DNA of 64,000 nucleotides, from the IMG/VR virus record IMGVR_UViG_3300043434_000674. The stretch is one strand, 5' to 3'. The DNA comes from an uncultured virus (IMG/VR IMGVR_UViG_3300043434_000674). Its lineage: Duplodnaviria; Heunggongvirae; Uroviricota; Caudoviricetes. Shown here piece after piece: positions 28,561-40,500 of this stretch; positions within the stretch are counted from its first letter, which is position 1, and each line of letters opens with the position of its first letter. The position numbers and the translations under genes are program-made. The notes beneath the pieces were generated by a model, which worked only from the letters and a program-made list of their open reading frames with translations, was not told the DNA's origin and made no database searches.

Positions 28561-28905
28561 ATGATAGTAGGTTATTGGTTAGTAGTATTTGTAGGATTCA
28601 TTATTGGATTGTATAAGGTAGTTGGAATTAATAGAATCTTAGAAAGATACCAAATGTTTTTCAATAAAACATATTGGACTGATTATAATTTTATAGAATT
28701 TTCAGCATGGATGGCAAAGGCAATCATCATTATTCCTGGTTTAATATTTGGAATTGAATTATGGTGGGGTCATTGGATAACACTTTTAACGAGTTCCTTA
28801 TTGATATGGGCAAGTATGAAAAAAAGTTTACCAACTCTCATTTTATTTAATACAATATGGATTGGAATTTCATTATGTATTTTACTAAAACATTATTTAG
28901 TATGA
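28561..28905 (+). CDS. Small multi-pass membrane protein
   Basis: 114 aa with about four hydrophobic segments. Confidence 0.7.
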   Translation: MIVGYWLVVFVGFIIGLYKVVGINRILERYQMFFNKTYWTDYNFIEFSAWMAKAIIIIPGLIFGIELWWGHWITLLTSSLLIWASMKKSLPTLILFNTIWIGISLCILLKHYLV

Positions 28906-28943
28906 CAATGTGTCAGTATAATGAAATGTGGTATTAAAATTGA
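28903..28943 (+). promoter_or_regulatory. Palindrome plus sigma54-like -24/-12 element upstream of groEL
   Basis: TGACA-atg-TGTCA (28903-28915); TGGTATTAAAATTGA (28929-28943) has the spacing of TGGCACGNNNNTTGC. Confidence 0.45.
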
Positions 28944-28967
28944 ATATAATAGATAAAACAAAAATAA

Positions 28968-30611
<1,644 letters not shown>

Positions 30612-30630
30612 AAAAATAAATGGAACAATA

Positions 30631-30663
30631 TTTGGAATATTCAGAAAATAGTCGTATATTTGT
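30631..30663 (+). promoter_or_regulatory. Bacteroidota-type promoter
   Basis: TTTGGAATATTCAGAAAATAGTCGTATATTTGT. Confidence 0.8.
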
Positions 30664-30691
30664 ATAAATAAATTTAAAATCAATAAATAAA

Positions 30692-31405
30692 ATGGAAAAA
30701 CAAAAATTAAATCGTTTCGTAAGTAAGTATAATCTTGCAGGATTAGTCGAATCAGTAAAGTGGGAATCAAAGAATGGTTCATTAAACACCTCATTCATTT
30801 CAGATGATAAATCTGTATTGGGTAGTGTATCAATGAAAGAATTCGATAATTCAGATTCATCATTTGGTGTATATGATACAACCAAATTAACAAAAATGTT
30901 ATCAGTATTAGGTGATGCAGTAGATTTTTCAATCTCTGACATTGAAGGTAAAGCAGTATCATTAAAATTTAAAGATGGATCAACATCTGTAAATTATATG
31001 TTGGCTGATTTATCAGTTATTCCAAACGTACCAGATTTGAAACAATTACCTAACTTTGATGTAGAAATCAAATTAGATTCTAACTTCATTTCAAAGTTCA
31101 TTCGTGCAAAGGGTGCATTGGCAGATGAAAACAATTTTACATTCACCTCTAAGAATGGTAAATCACAAATCATCTTAGGCCATTCAAACATCAACACAAA
31201 CAGAATTACAATTGATGTAGATGCAACGGTTAATGGTGATGTAGATGCAATTTCATTCTCTGCAACTTATTTGAAAGAAATCTTAGTAGCAAACAAAGAG
31301 GCATCTGATGCAACTCTTAACATTTCAACACAAGGTTTATCTCACATCCACTTTGAGGTAGATGAATATACATCCGATTATTACTTAGTGGAGATTCAAT
31401 CATAA
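30692..31405 (+). CDS. Sliding clamp (T4 gp45 / PCNA-like)
   Basis: 237 aa; FGVYD...L..ML.., Y.LAD..VI, IS..GLS...F...Y.YYL; located between polymerase and clamp loader. Confidence 0.8.
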   Translation: MEKQKLNRFVSKYNLAGLVESVKWESKNGSLNTSFISDDKSVLGSVSMKEFDNSDSSFGVYDTTKLTKMLSVLGDAVDFSISDIEGKAVSLKFKDGSTSVNYMLADLSVIPNVPDLKQLPNFDVEIKLDSNFISKFIRAKGALADENNFTFTSKNGKSQIILGHSNINTNRITIDVDATVNGDVDAISFSATYLKEILVANKEASDATLNISTQGLSHIHFEVDEYTSDYYLVEIQS

Positions 31406-31406
31406 T

Positions 31407-33041
31407 ATGACGAAATACTTTTACGAACGAAGCAAGTTTTCCGAATTCAAGTCCAATACAACTTATCATCAGTTATTATCTATGACTGATGATGAGTTTA
31501 CGGATTGGGCTAGATTATTACGCAAAGAAGTTACTGAGCAATGGGATACAACCGGAACTCCACCTGTAATTGGTAGAGATGAAAGTGGTATTATCGATTC
31601 GTTCAAAAAACTAAAAGGTAATGATTGTAATTTTTGGGAAAAGGATTTAAGTGGTGATGATGAATCATTAGGAATCATTCAGAACTTTAATAAAGATGCA
31701 TCGGTTGTAAATCAGTTTTTTCCTACTATGTTGAAAACCAAAATTTCAATTGGTAAATCAGCAGATGGTGGGTTATCTATTTATGACCATTTTGCTGACC
31801 CGAATTTAGAAGAACAATTTGTTAAAATTATGAGAAGAGCAGTGAAGAGGGATTCAATGTATTCCTGGTCACGTTCTATTGTAAATAAGAAAGATGAAAA
31901 CGAATTTTGGGATGGTGAAAATGGTGTAGAGTTTATACAAAAAGTTTCAGAAGGCAAGGTATTTACAGGCAAATGGTCTGATAATGATATTGTGATTGCT
32001 AAAGTTAAAGAAGATACTTTAGATAATTACGGAACTATCAATGATGAGTATATTGGATTTGGTAATCTGTATTTAACTGCAGAACAACTAAGAGAATGTG
32101 TTGATAAAGGATTTTTAACTCCAACACAAATGTCAAACGTAAAATCTATCGATGATGATTATACAATGGCAGATGGTAAAGTTAAGAAATTCTTTTATCT
32201 AATTCGTTGGTATGATAAATCAGATGGTATTTTTCCAAAGATATTACAGGTATTTAGATTATCATGTGGCCAACCTGCTGTAAATTTCCCTGCATTAACT
32301 GCAAAGTGGATTTACGAAAATTACACATCACATATTGAACAAGATGAACCTCTTCATATTTATGATTCATCAAGTGGATGGGGTGGTAGAATATTAGGTG
32401 CAATGAGTTCTCGTAAGAAAACTCACTATATTGGAACAGACCCGAACCCTGATAACTTTATTCCAGAGTTAGGTATATCTCGATATGAATACGTTGCTAA
32501 GTTTTACAACGATAGATGTGTAGATGATTTTTCAGATTCATTTGCTAAGTTCTTCGATGTAACCAAACAAGGTAATACATATGAATTGTTTCAAGATGGT
32601 TCAGAGTTAATTCAACACAATCCTAAATTTCAAAAATATAATGGTAAATTAGATTTATCATTTACATCTCCACCATACTTCAACAGAGAACAATATTCTC
32701 AAGATGAAAAACAATCATTCAAAGCATATGGTGAATATGAAGATTGGAGAGAAAACTTTTTACGTCCAACTTTAACTACCATCTTCGAATACACAAAGAA
32801 TGATAGATACATCCTTTGGAATATTGCCTCAATAAAAGTGGGTAAGGATACTTATTTTGAACTTGAAGAGGATTCTAAAAAAATATTATTAGAATTAGGG
32901 TGTGAGTATAAAGGAAAACTGAAAATGCTAATGACACGAATGGTGGGATTAGACCCAACTAAAAGTGGTATTAAGAATTCTGTTAAACATAATGGGAAAG
33001 CTTATAAATACGAACCGATATTTGTATTCTACCGCCCTTAA
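31407..33041 (+). CDS. Amino-methyltransferase-like protein (SPPY type), paralog 3
   Basis: YDSSSGWGGR, GTDPN, FTSPPYF, C-terminal EPIFVF. Confidence 0.8.
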   Translation: MTKYFYERSKFSEFKSNTTYHQLLSMTDDEFTDWARLLRKEVTEQWDTTGTPPVIGRDESGIIDSFKKLKGNDCNFWEKDLSGDDESLGIIQNFNKDASVVNQFFPTMLKTKISIGKSADGGLSIYDHFADPNLEEQFVKIMRRAVKRDSMYSWSRSIVNKKDENEFWDGENGVEFIQKVSEGKVFTGKWSDNDIVIAKVKEDTLDNYGTINDEYIGFGNLYLTAEQLRECVDKGFLTPTQMSNVKSIDDDYTMADGKVKKFFYLIRWYDKSDGIFPKILQVFRLSCGQPAVNFPALTAKWIYENYTSHIEQDEPLHIYDSSSGWGGRILGAMSSRKKTHYIGTDPNPDNFIPELGISRYEYVAKFYNDRCVDDFSDSFAKFFDVTKQGNTYELFQDGSELIQHNPKFQKYNGKLDLSFTSPPYFNREQYSQDEKQSFKAYGEYEDWRENFLRPTLTTIFEYTKNDRYILWNIASIKVGKDTYFELEEDSKKILLELGCEYKGKLKMLMTRMVGLDPTKSGIKNSVKHNGKAYKYEPIFVFYRP

Positions 33042-33095
33042 TTAAGAAATATCAATTTATCAAACTTTTTTTATCAAACTTTTATATTTATAGTT

Positions 33096-33239
33096 ATGGG
33101 AAGAAAAAAATTATACCAAACCGAAGAAGAAAAACTCCAAGCAAAAAAGGATAGATGGAATCGTTGGTATGATAAAAATAAAGAATCCCTAAACAAAAAA
33201 AGAATGGTGGATTATTATGGTAAAAAGAATAATAGTTAA
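33096..33239 (+). CDS. Small basic protein (47 aa; not in the ORF track)
   Basis: MGRKKLYQTEEEKLQAKKDRWNRWYDKNKE...; overlaps the start of the HNH gene. Confidence 0.55.
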   Translation: MGRKKLYQTEEEKLQAKKDRWNRWYDKNKESLNKKRMVDYYGKKNNS

Positions 33240-33696
33240 ATGTGAGTATTGTAATAAGGATAGAGAAATTTATTCAACAAACAAATCTAAATTATGTATA
33301 AATTGTTCTGCTAAAAAAAGACATGGAACACTTGGAATTACGGAATGGACTAAAGTGTGTAATAAATGTGGAGATACGCGAGTATTTACGTGGAGAAAGG
33401 CATATTCTAAATCCGGTGAACTATGTGTTTCATGCTCTCAAATTAAAAATACTGAACATTATAATAGGGAATACCAAAAATACAGAGGTAAGGTTTGGAG
33501 TGAAACAAATAAACAACCATTACATTTAATGGAAAATTTTGATAAAAGAGGTAAAAGTGGTGTAGATGGTGCATATCAAGTAGACCATATTCTTTCAATA
33601 AAATATGGATTTGAAAACAAAATACACCCAAAAATAATTGGTAATATTAATAACTTACAAATGTTACCATGGAAAGATAATAGATATAAATGGTAA
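33217..33696 (+). CDS. Putative free-standing HNH homing endonuclease with CxxC repeats
   Basis: Four CxxC pairs; YQVDHILS...NINNLQML...DN. Confidence 0.7.
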   Translation: MVKRIIVKCEYCNKDREIYSTNKSKLCINCSAKKRHGTLGITEWTKVCNKCGDTRVFTWRKAYSKSGELCVSCSQIKNTEHYNREYQKYRGKVWSETNKQPLHLMENFDKRGKSGVDGAYQVDHILSIKYGFENKIHPKIIGNINNLQMLPWKDNRYKW

Positions 33697-33712
33697 ATAA
33701 AAAATAAAACAA

Positions 33713-34660
33713 ATGGCATTTTTTGAAGATAAAAATACAGAAGAAAAAGATAATAGTTTATGGGTAGAATCATATCGCCCATCTAAATTAGAAGATTACG
33801 TTGGTAATGAACATTTGAAATTAAAAGTTCAAACATACATTGAAAACGGAGATGTGCCACATCTTTTATTATATGGTAAAGCAGGAACTGGTAAGACAAC
33901 ACTTGCAAAGTTAATCGTTAATTCAATCAATTGTGATTATATGATTATCAATGCATCGGATGAAAATAACGTAGATACTGTCCGTAATAAAGTTAAGAAT
34001 TTTGCTTCTACGATTGGATTTAAAGATATAAAAATTATCATCTTAGATGAGTTTGATTATATGTCCCAATCTGCACAAGCAATCTTGCGTAACTTAATGG
34101 AAACATTTTCTAAACATTGCCGTTTCATCTTAACGTGTAACTATGTAGAGAAAGTAATTGAACCAATTCAATCTCGTTGTCAATCATTTCAAATTGTTCC
34201 ACCAACTAAAAAAGATGTTGCAATTCAAATTAGTAAGATTTTAAAATCGGAAGAAATTAGATTTGAACCAAAAGATTTAGTTCCAATTATTGATGCAGGA
34301 TATCCAGATATTCGTAAGATTATCAATACTTGTCAATTAAACTCACATAAAGGTGCGTTGCAAGTAGATACTAAAAATTTATTGGAAAATGATTACAAGA
34401 TGAAAATCTTAGATATTCTTAAATCATCAGACGATAAACGAAATCGGTATATGAAATTAAGACAAACTTTGATTGATAGTAGAGTAACTGATTTTACAGA
34501 CTTATTTACTTTATTATATGATAAGGTAGATGAATACGCATCTTCTAATACTGCAAATGTAGTAATTGCACTTTCACAAGGACAAACTACCCATTTCCAA
34601 TCAATTGATAAAGAGATTGCAATGGCTGCAACTTTAATTGAGATAAACAATTTATTATAA
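33713..34660 (+). CDS. Clamp loader ATPase subunit (RFC / T4 gp44-like)
   Basis: WVESYRP, GKAGTGKT, NASD, LDEFD, SRC. Confidence 0.93.
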   Translation: MAFFEDKNTEEKDNSLWVESYRPSKLEDYVGNEHLKLKVQTYIENGDVPHLLLYGKAGTGKTTLAKLIVNSINCDYMIINASDENNVDTVRNKVKNFASTIGFKDIKIIILDEFDYMSQSAQAILRNLMETFSKHCRFILTCNYVEKVIEPIQSRCQSFQIVPPTKKDVAIQISKILKSEEIRFEPKDLVPIIDAGYPDIRKIINTCQLNSHKGALQVDTKNLLENDYKMKILDILKSSDDKRNRYMKLRQTLIDSRVTDFTDLFTLLYDKVDEYASSNTANVVIALSQGQTTHFQSIDKEIAMAATLIEINNLL

Positions 34661-35109
34661 TGGCAGTTACACTTTTTGATCACATCAAAGCAATTACTCA
34701 AACTCAAGATAAAAAGTATTGGGATAAGTTGGATGAATCTGATAAAAAGACATGGAGTAATTACATGGTATTTCGGTTTCTTTCAATGAACCCTGATTGG
34801 GTAACGATGGTTGCACAATTACAACCATATCTTCAAGAAGTTCCACCCAAAGCTTGTTATCTTGCTCTAATTGATATTATACCAAAGACACGTGCTTTCT
34901 TAAAATATATGAAAGCAAAAGGTGAGGATGTTTATGAAAAGTGGTTGATTGAATTAGTAACCAAACATTATAATACATCTACATTAGAAAGTGAAGATTA
35001 TATTAAAATTTTATATTCAACCAAACCAGGCAGAGAACGAATTAAAGAGTTATGCACGATGTATGGAATTGAATCAAAACAAATTACAAAACTAAAATTA
35101 AACTTATAG
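34660..35109 (+). CDS. Clamp loader small subunit (T4 gp62-like)
   Basis: LFDHIKAI...YMVFRFLSM; translationally coupled to the loader ATPase. Confidence 0.75.
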   Translation: MAVTLFDHIKAITQTQDKKYWDKLDESDKKTWSNYMVFRFLSMNPDWVTMVAQLQPYLQEVPPKACYLALIDIIPKTRAFLKYMKAKGEDVYEKWLIELVTKHYNTSTLESEDYIKILYSTKPGRERIKELCTMYGIESKQITKLKLNL

Positions 35110-35111
35110 AT

Positions 35112-35414
35112 ATGGCAATTAATTTCAAACCACTTGGTGATAGAGTAGTAGTTAAACCGAAAAAGAAAGAAGAAAAATCCGCAGGTGGTATTCTTCTAAC
35201 CGATAGTGTAAATAGAGGTGAAAAGGTTACCGGAGAAGTTGTAGCAGTTGGTGATGGTATTTTCTCACAAACTGGAGAACGTATCCGAATGACAGTTTCA
35301 ATTGGTGATTCAGTTCTATACAAAAAGGATATGGCAAGTGAAACACTCCCATTAGATGGTGAGGATTATTTGTTATTCCACGAACACGAATTATTAGGTA
35401 TCATTTTACAATAA
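35112..35414 (+). CDS. groES: Co-chaperonin GroES
   Basis: KPLGDRVVV, SAGGILL, GEVVAVG, GDSVLY. Confidence 0.93.
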   Translation: MAINFKPLGDRVVVKPKKKEEKSAGGILLTDSVNRGEKVTGEVVAVGDGIFSQTGERIRMTVSIGDSVLYKKDMASETLPLDGEDYLLFHEHELLGIILQ

Positions 35415-35424
35415 AGATAAAAAT

Positions 35425-36495
35425 ATGAATTATAGTCTCACTTATGATGACATCCAATTAGTTCCACAATATTCAGAAATTGCTACAAGAACGGCAATTA
35501 AATTAAACACATTGGTATCTCGAAGATATGGATTATTAAATCCATTAGTTGCTTCACCAATGGATACTGTCTGTGAAGAAGAAATGGCATTCAAAATGTT
35601 CCTTATGGGAGGAGTTGGATGTCTTCATCGTTTTATGTCAATTGATGAACAAGTCAATCAAGTCAAAAATCTAAAATATAGAATCTACGGAGAAGGTTTC
35701 GGTGGTCCTTTTGAAGATTGGGGAATTATGTATGATGATTGGCATGCCGAAATTAAACAAATTCCAATTATGGCTGCAATCGGAGTAATGGCTTCTGATA
35801 TGGAACGAGCTAAGAGAGTAACTGAAGCAGGTGCAAATATTTTAGTTATAGATGTTGCACACGGCCACCACAAAAATGTCATAGATATGATTAAGTGGTG
35901 TAAGGAAAATCTAAATGAGAACGTTGATATTATTGCAGGAAACATTGCAACTTCAGAAGCAGCAATTATGTTAGAACATGCAGGTGCAGATGGATTGAGA
36001 GTTGGTATCGGTGGTGGTTCACTATGCACGACTAGAATAAAAACTGGATTTGGTGTTCCAAATGTAAGTTGTTTAGAAGATATTATCAGAGTTGCAAAAA
36101 CTCCAGTAATGGCAGATGGGGGAATCAGAACATCCGGTGATATCGCAAAAGCATTATCATTAGGTGCAAGTTCCGTAATGTTAGGTTCAATCTTAGCAGG
36201 AACTGAAGAAGCACCCGGTCAAATAATCGAAACCCCAAAAGGTTTATATAAACGATATAGAGGTTCTGCATCATTGGAAACCAAAGTAGCAAACGGACAG
36301 AACGTTCGAAACATTGAAGGTGAATCAACTACCATCCCATATAAAGGTGGTGTAAAATTTATCTTAACTGGTTTGGTAGATGGTATTAAATCTGCCTTAT
36401 CATATGCAGGTGTTAATGTTCTACGAAATTTCAGACCACCTTATGTAGTTGTAACCACATCGGGTATTAACGAAGCAAAACCACATTTATTGTAA
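35425..36495 (+). CDS. GMP reductase / IMP dehydrogenase family (no CBS domains)
   Basis: SPMDTV, IDVAHGH, VGIGGGSLCTTR, ADGGI, YRGSAS, EG. Confidence 0.9.
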   Translation: MNYSLTYDDIQLVPQYSEIATRTAIKLNTLVSRRYGLLNPLVASPMDTVCEEEMAFKMFLMGGVGCLHRFMSIDEQVNQVKNLKYRIYGEGFGGPFEDWGIMYDDWHAEIKQIPIMAAIGVMASDMERAKRVTEAGANILVIDVAHGHHKNVIDMIKWCKENLNENVDIIAGNIATSEAAIMLEHAGADGLRVGIGGGSLCTTRIKTGFGVPNVSCLEDIIRVAKTPVMADGGIRTSGDIAKALSLGASSVMLGSILAGTEEAPGQIIETPKGLYKRYRGSASLETKVANGQNVRNIEGESTTIPYKGGVKFILTGLVDGIKSALSYAGVNVLRNFRPPYVVVTTSGINEAKPHLL

Positions 36496-36502
36496 AAAAA
36501 CT

Positions 36503-37042
36503 ATGAGTAAAATAGTAAATCTTTTTGGAGGCCCTGGCATTGGTAAATCATCAATTGCTTCGGGCCTTACTTATAAATTAAAAAAGAAACATATAACGTG
36601 TGATAATCCGTATGAGTTTCCAAAAGTTTTAGCATGGGATGAAAACCATTCTGCTATTAAAGACCAATTATATGTTCTTGCAAATCAACATAGGGGAATT
36701 GTAAAAAGTTTCGGTAAGGTTGATTATATCATTTTAGATTCTCCAATTATATTATCACTTGTCTATAAATCAGTATATAAGGGAATGGAGTATCCAGCAA
36801 CGTTATATGGGGAGTCTTTTGATAAAATGGTATTGGATATCCATAATCAATATGATACTCTTAATATACTCTTAAAACGAACTGAAGGGGGGTATAATGA
36901 AAAGGAACGATATCAAACATTAGATGAATCTAAAGTATTAGATGATGCAATTGAAAACACCCTAATAAACAACAATATACCTTATACTATAATTGAAGTT
37001 GGTGATGATACCGTCAATGATATATTGAAAATACTACTATAA
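36503..37042 (+). CDS. P-loop NTPase / kinase (NadR-like AAA_28)
   Basis: NLFGGPGIGKS, ILDSP. Confidence 0.7.
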   Translation: MSKIVNLFGGPGIGKSSIASGLTYKLKKKHITCDNPYEFPKVLAWDENHSAIKDQLYVLANQHRGIVKSFGKVDYIILDSPIILSLVYKSVYKGMEYPATLYGESFDKMVLDIHNQYDTLNILLKRTEGGYNEKERYQTLDESKVLDDAIENTLINNNIPYTIIEVGDDTVNDILKILL

Positions 37043-37045
37043 AAG

Positions 37046-37078
37046 TTTGGTAAATCCATTTTTATTTCGTATATTTGT
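37046..37078 (+). promoter_or_regulatory. Bacteroidota-type promoter
   Basis: TTTGGTAAATCCATTTTTATTTCGTATATTTGT. Confidence 0.8.
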
Positions 37079-37096
37079 AATATAAAAATAAAAGAT

Positions 37097-37306
37097 ATGA
37101 TAGTATATGACCCACAGAATCCGTTAAGTGATGATGATTTAAAAGAATTATCTGAAACTGATTTCTTCTCATACTTAGACCAATTATCTGCGTATAAACG
37201 TAAAGATAAAAAGATAGTAGGTGAGTGGAAAAAGAAAGGACACGAAATTCTTAAAAAGAATGGTGTAAAAAATGTAAAAACAAACCGAACTCAATGGTTC
37301 GATTAA
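37097..37306 (+). CDS. Hypothetical protein
   Basis: 69 aa behind a promoter. Confidence 0.65.
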   Translation: MIVYDPQNPLSDDDLKELSETDFFSYLDQLSAYKRKDKKIVGEWKKKGHEILKKNGVKNVKTNRTQWFD

Positions 37307-37316
37307 AATAAATAAA

Positions 37317-37799
37317 ATGAGTTATAGTAATATATTAAAACCAACTTTAATAACTGGTCAACAATACGGAACAAAAGTTTCAGTTGAAATAGACCATAGT
37401 GATACTGACATAACTGAATTATTTGATGCATTCCAAACCATTTGTATTGGATTAGGATATGATGAATCATCTTGGAAACAATGCGTTGTAGATAAAGCAG
37501 AAGAATATAAAGAAGAGGCTGATGAGGAAGCAATGTACGAACCAAACGCTGAGTTACGAAGAGCAGCAGAAGAGTATGTTAGACTTATGAGTGAACAACA
37601 AATTGATGAAGCTCTTGCAGAACATAATGAAGATGAATGGAACGATGAATTGGAAACTCAATTTTGGAACGAACAACCATCCGAACCATTTGCAACACCA
37701 GAAGAGGTAGAGAAATACAATATCGATGGTGAGTTCGATGAATATGGAAAACGTAATTCAAAAGTTGATAAGAAAAAGAATAAAAAAAATAAAAAATAA
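37317..37799 (+). CDS. Hypothetical acidic protein with a basic tail
   Basis: 160 aa. Confidence 0.7.
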   Translation: MSYSNILKPTLITGQQYGTKVSVEIDHSDTDITELFDAFQTICIGLGYDESSWKQCVVDKAEEYKEEADEEAMYEPNAELRRAAEEYVRLMSEQQIDEALAEHNEDEWNDELETQFWNEQPSEPFATPEEVEKYNIDGEFDEYGKRNSKVDKKKNKKNKK

Positions 37800-37802
37800 A
37801 TT

Positions 37803-38057
37803 ATGGCACAAATTTTAGGACAAGGTGGTAATCAATTAAATCCACAAGAACCAATTGATTTAACAAAAACAGAAGCAATTGCATGTAAAAAATGTGGCGG
37901 TGAAATTTTTGTACAAGGATTTGCATTTAGAAAAATTTCAAAAATATTAACCAAAAAACCAAAAGATGAAGTAATTCCTGTTGAATTATTTTTATGTGGA
38001 GATTGCGGTGAAGTATTGGAAGATTTATTAGTTCCTGGTTTCAAAGTAGAAGAATAA
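37803..38057 (+). CDS. Small zinc-ribbon protein
   Basis: CKKCG...CGDCG. Confidence 0.7.
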   Translation: MAQILGQGGNQLNPQEPIDLTKTEAIACKKCGGEIFVQGFAFRKISKILTKKPKDEVIPVELFLCGDCGEVLEDLLVPGFKVEE

Positions 38058-39316
38058 TGCAAAATCCACAAACGGAAACATTCTGCATATTACCATTCAT
38101 TCACCTCTATTCAGAACCGAAGGGGGAGATGAAGCCATGTTGTATTGCAGGAGGGTTTGAAACGCCGTTGGATTTGAAACAACTAACAATCGATGGAGCA
38201 TTTAATTCACCTCAAATGAAGAAATTGCGTAAAGATATGTTAGAAGGTAAACGTAATAAAGTTTGTGATGTCTGCTACAAAAAAGAAGATTTAAACGGAG
38301 TATCACCTCGTAATGATTTCAACAATAATACTTTATGGGAATTACCAAATGTAAATGAGGATTATTCAGTAGAAACTCAATTTCAACATATTGATATTAG
38401 ATTTTCTAATCTATGTAATTTCAAATGTAGAATGTGTAGTCATGAATTTTCATCAAATTGGTTCGAAGATTATGGGAAAATATCACCCGGTTATACTAAT
38501 GGTAAACCAAAGGTGATGAAAGTATCTGATACTATTGTTGAAGATTTAATTCCCCATTTAAAAAATATTAAAAGTTTTTATTTTGCAGGTGGAGAACCTT
38601 TAATCATGCCGGAACATTATAAGGTATTGAAACATCTTTATGATAATATGCCGGTAATTGAACAACATTGGGGTGATAAACGTCATTTAAGTATTCACTA
38701 TAATACCAATCTTTCAGTAATCACCTATGATGAACAAAGTTTGGTAGAACTATGGGAAGGATTTGATAGAGTATTTCTTTCAATCTCTTGTGATGGAATT
38801 GGTGAAGTTGGTGAATATCAAAGAGTAGGATTCCAGCATAACAGATTTGTAGAAAATTTAAAAACAATACAAAAGTATTTTACACCACAATCACCTTACG
38901 CAGGTGGTATGGGAATGCAATATAATTTTCAATACACAACTACTATTTGGAACGTATATCATATATTTGATTTTATTAAATTTATGACAGATAATAAATT
39001 TATTACTTCAACCGAACATATAGATTTTTATTATGCATGGAACCCAGTAAACGTTTCCTTAAATAATATCAGTAAATCTGAAAAAGAACGAGTTATTAAG
39101 TTTTTAAAAGATGGCATGGAAACTATAACAAGTAATAAAACCATAGATGAGTTAAACAACTTAATCAATTTTATCAATTCAGACCAAAATATTGATAACC
39201 CAATTGAAATGGTAGTGGGATTTACTAAAAAATTAGATGACCTATTTAAAACCAATGCTAATAGTTTAAATGGGATTGATTTTGATAGTATGCTTGTAGA
39301 ATCTTTTTCGGAATAA
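38057..39316 (+). CDS. Radical SAM protein with N-terminal twitch/SPASM-like domain
   Basis: CILPF..PCC..CDVC; CNFKCRMC (CxxxCxxC); AGGEP; YNTN; SCDG. Confidence 0.88.
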   Translation: MQNPQTETFCILPFIHLYSEPKGEMKPCCIAGGFETPLDLKQLTIDGAFNSPQMKKLRKDMLEGKRNKVCDVCYKKEDLNGVSPRNDFNNNTLWELPNVNEDYSVETQFQHIDIRFSNLCNFKCRMCSHEFSSNWFEDYGKISPGYTNGKPKVMKVSDTIVEDLIPHLKNIKSFYFAGGEPLIMPEHYKVLKHLYDNMPVIEQHWGDKRHLSIHYNTNLSVITYDEQSLVELWEGFDRVFLSISCDGIGEVGEYQRVGFQHNRFVENLKTIQKYFTPQSPYAGGMGMQYNFQYTTTIWNVYHIFDFIKFMTDNKFITSTEHIDFYYAWNPVNVSLNNISKSEKERVIKFLKDGMETITSNKTIDELNNLINFINSDQNIDNPIEMVVGFTKKLDDLFKTNANSLNGIDFDSMLVESFSE

Positions 39317-39317
39317 A

Positions 39318-39350
39318 TTAGGAATTTACAAATATTATTCGTATATTTGT
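39318..39350 (+). promoter_or_regulatory. Bacteroidota-type promoter
   Basis: TTAGGAATTTACAAATATTATTCGTATATTTGT. Confidence 0.75.
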
Positions 39351-39367
39351 AGTATAAAAATAAAGTT

Positions 39368-40225
39368 ATGGCAAGAGTAAGTTATTCTCAATATGGTATG
39401 TGGAGTTCATGTCCTCAACAATTTAAATTGAACTATATTGACAAGTTAGGAGAAAGTTCAGCGAACATTCACACAATCTTTGGTTCTGCGATGCACGAAA
39501 CCATTCAACATTTTTTAAGTGTAATGTATGGTGTATCTAAAAAACAGGCATTAACATTGGATTTAGAAACAATGTTAAAAGATAAATTGGTAGAACACTT
39601 TACTGCTGAAAAGGAGAAGATGAGTGAGGGAACACCTTGTACCAAAGAAGAGTTAGAAGAATTCTTCGGAGATGGAAGACATATCTTACATTACTTTAAA
39701 ACTAAATTGGATAAACTATACACTAAAAGTGGATTCGAATTAGTTGCAATCGAGATGGCATTGAACGCAGAAGTAAAACCCGGTGTTCATTTCATTGGAT
39801 TTATTGATATTGTGTTGAAAGATTTATCATCAGGTGATATTATCATTGTGGATTTAAAAACATCAACATCTGGTTGGTCAAAATATCAAAAGAATGATAA
39901 AGTAAAAACATCTCAAATGTTGTTGTATAAAAAATTCTATTCAGAAAAATACAACGTTTCATTAGACAAAATCAAAGTAGAGTATCAAATTCTTAAACGT
40001 AAGATTAACGAAGATTTTGAATACCCAATCCCACGCATTTCTAAATTCATTCCTCCCCATGGTAAACCTTCAGTTAATGCTGCATGGAAAGGGTTTATGG
40101 AATTTGTTGATTCTGTATATGATGATGGTGGTTTAATTAAGACTACCGATTTCCCAACTAATAAGGGAAAAGCATGTGATTGGTGTGAATTTAAGACACG
40201 AAAACTTTGTCCTCTTTGGAAATAA
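39368..40225 (+). CDS. PD-(D/E)XK nuclease, Cas4/RecB-like, with Fe-S cysteines
   Basis: SYSQ...CP, GSAMH, GFIDI, VDLKT, Q...Y, CDWC......C. Confidence 0.85.
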   Translation: MARVSYSQYGMWSSCPQQFKLNYIDKLGESSANIHTIFGSAMHETIQHFLSVMYGVSKKQALTLDLETMLKDKLVEHFTAEKEKMSEGTPCTKEELEEFFGDGRHILHYFKTKLDKLYTKSGFELVAIEMALNAEVKPGVHFIGFIDIVLKDLSSGDIIIVDLKTSTSGWSKYQKNDKVKTSQMLLYKKFYSEKYNVSLDKIKVEYQILKRKINEDFEYPIPRISKFIPPHGKPSVNAAWKGFMEFVDSVYDDGGLIKTTDFPTNKGKACDWCEFKTRKLCPLWK

Positions 40226-40284
40226 TTTCTCTTTTTTATATTTGTATATATTTATATACATAACAAAAAACAAGAGAGAGAGTT

Positions 40285-40491
40285 ATGGCAAACCCAAACA
40301 CAAACACAAAATTAACAACGGTGAAAATCATTCACGATGTTTATGCAAAATTTAAAAAAGTTTCATTCGATTCAAACATTACCTTACAAAAATTAGTTAA
40401 TCGTTCTTTGGAAAAATATACCGAAGATGAACAATTTAGAAACGAAATTAATAGTTACAACGAATTACACGCTAGTGGTTCACAATTTTAA
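40285..40491 (+). CDS. Small putative ribbon-helix-helix DNA-binding protein
   Basis: KLTTVKI...YAKFK...TLQKLVNRSL. Confidence 0.55.
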   Translation: MANPNTNTKLTTVKIIHDVYAKFKKVSFDSNITLQKLVNRSLEKYTEDEQFRNEINSYNELHASGSQF

Positions 40492-40500
40492 TTAAATTAA

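Noticed and set aside
39368..40225. Cas4-like nuclease as evidence of CRISPR-Cas
   Set aside because: No other cas genes or array; solo Cas4/RecB-like nucleases are common in phages
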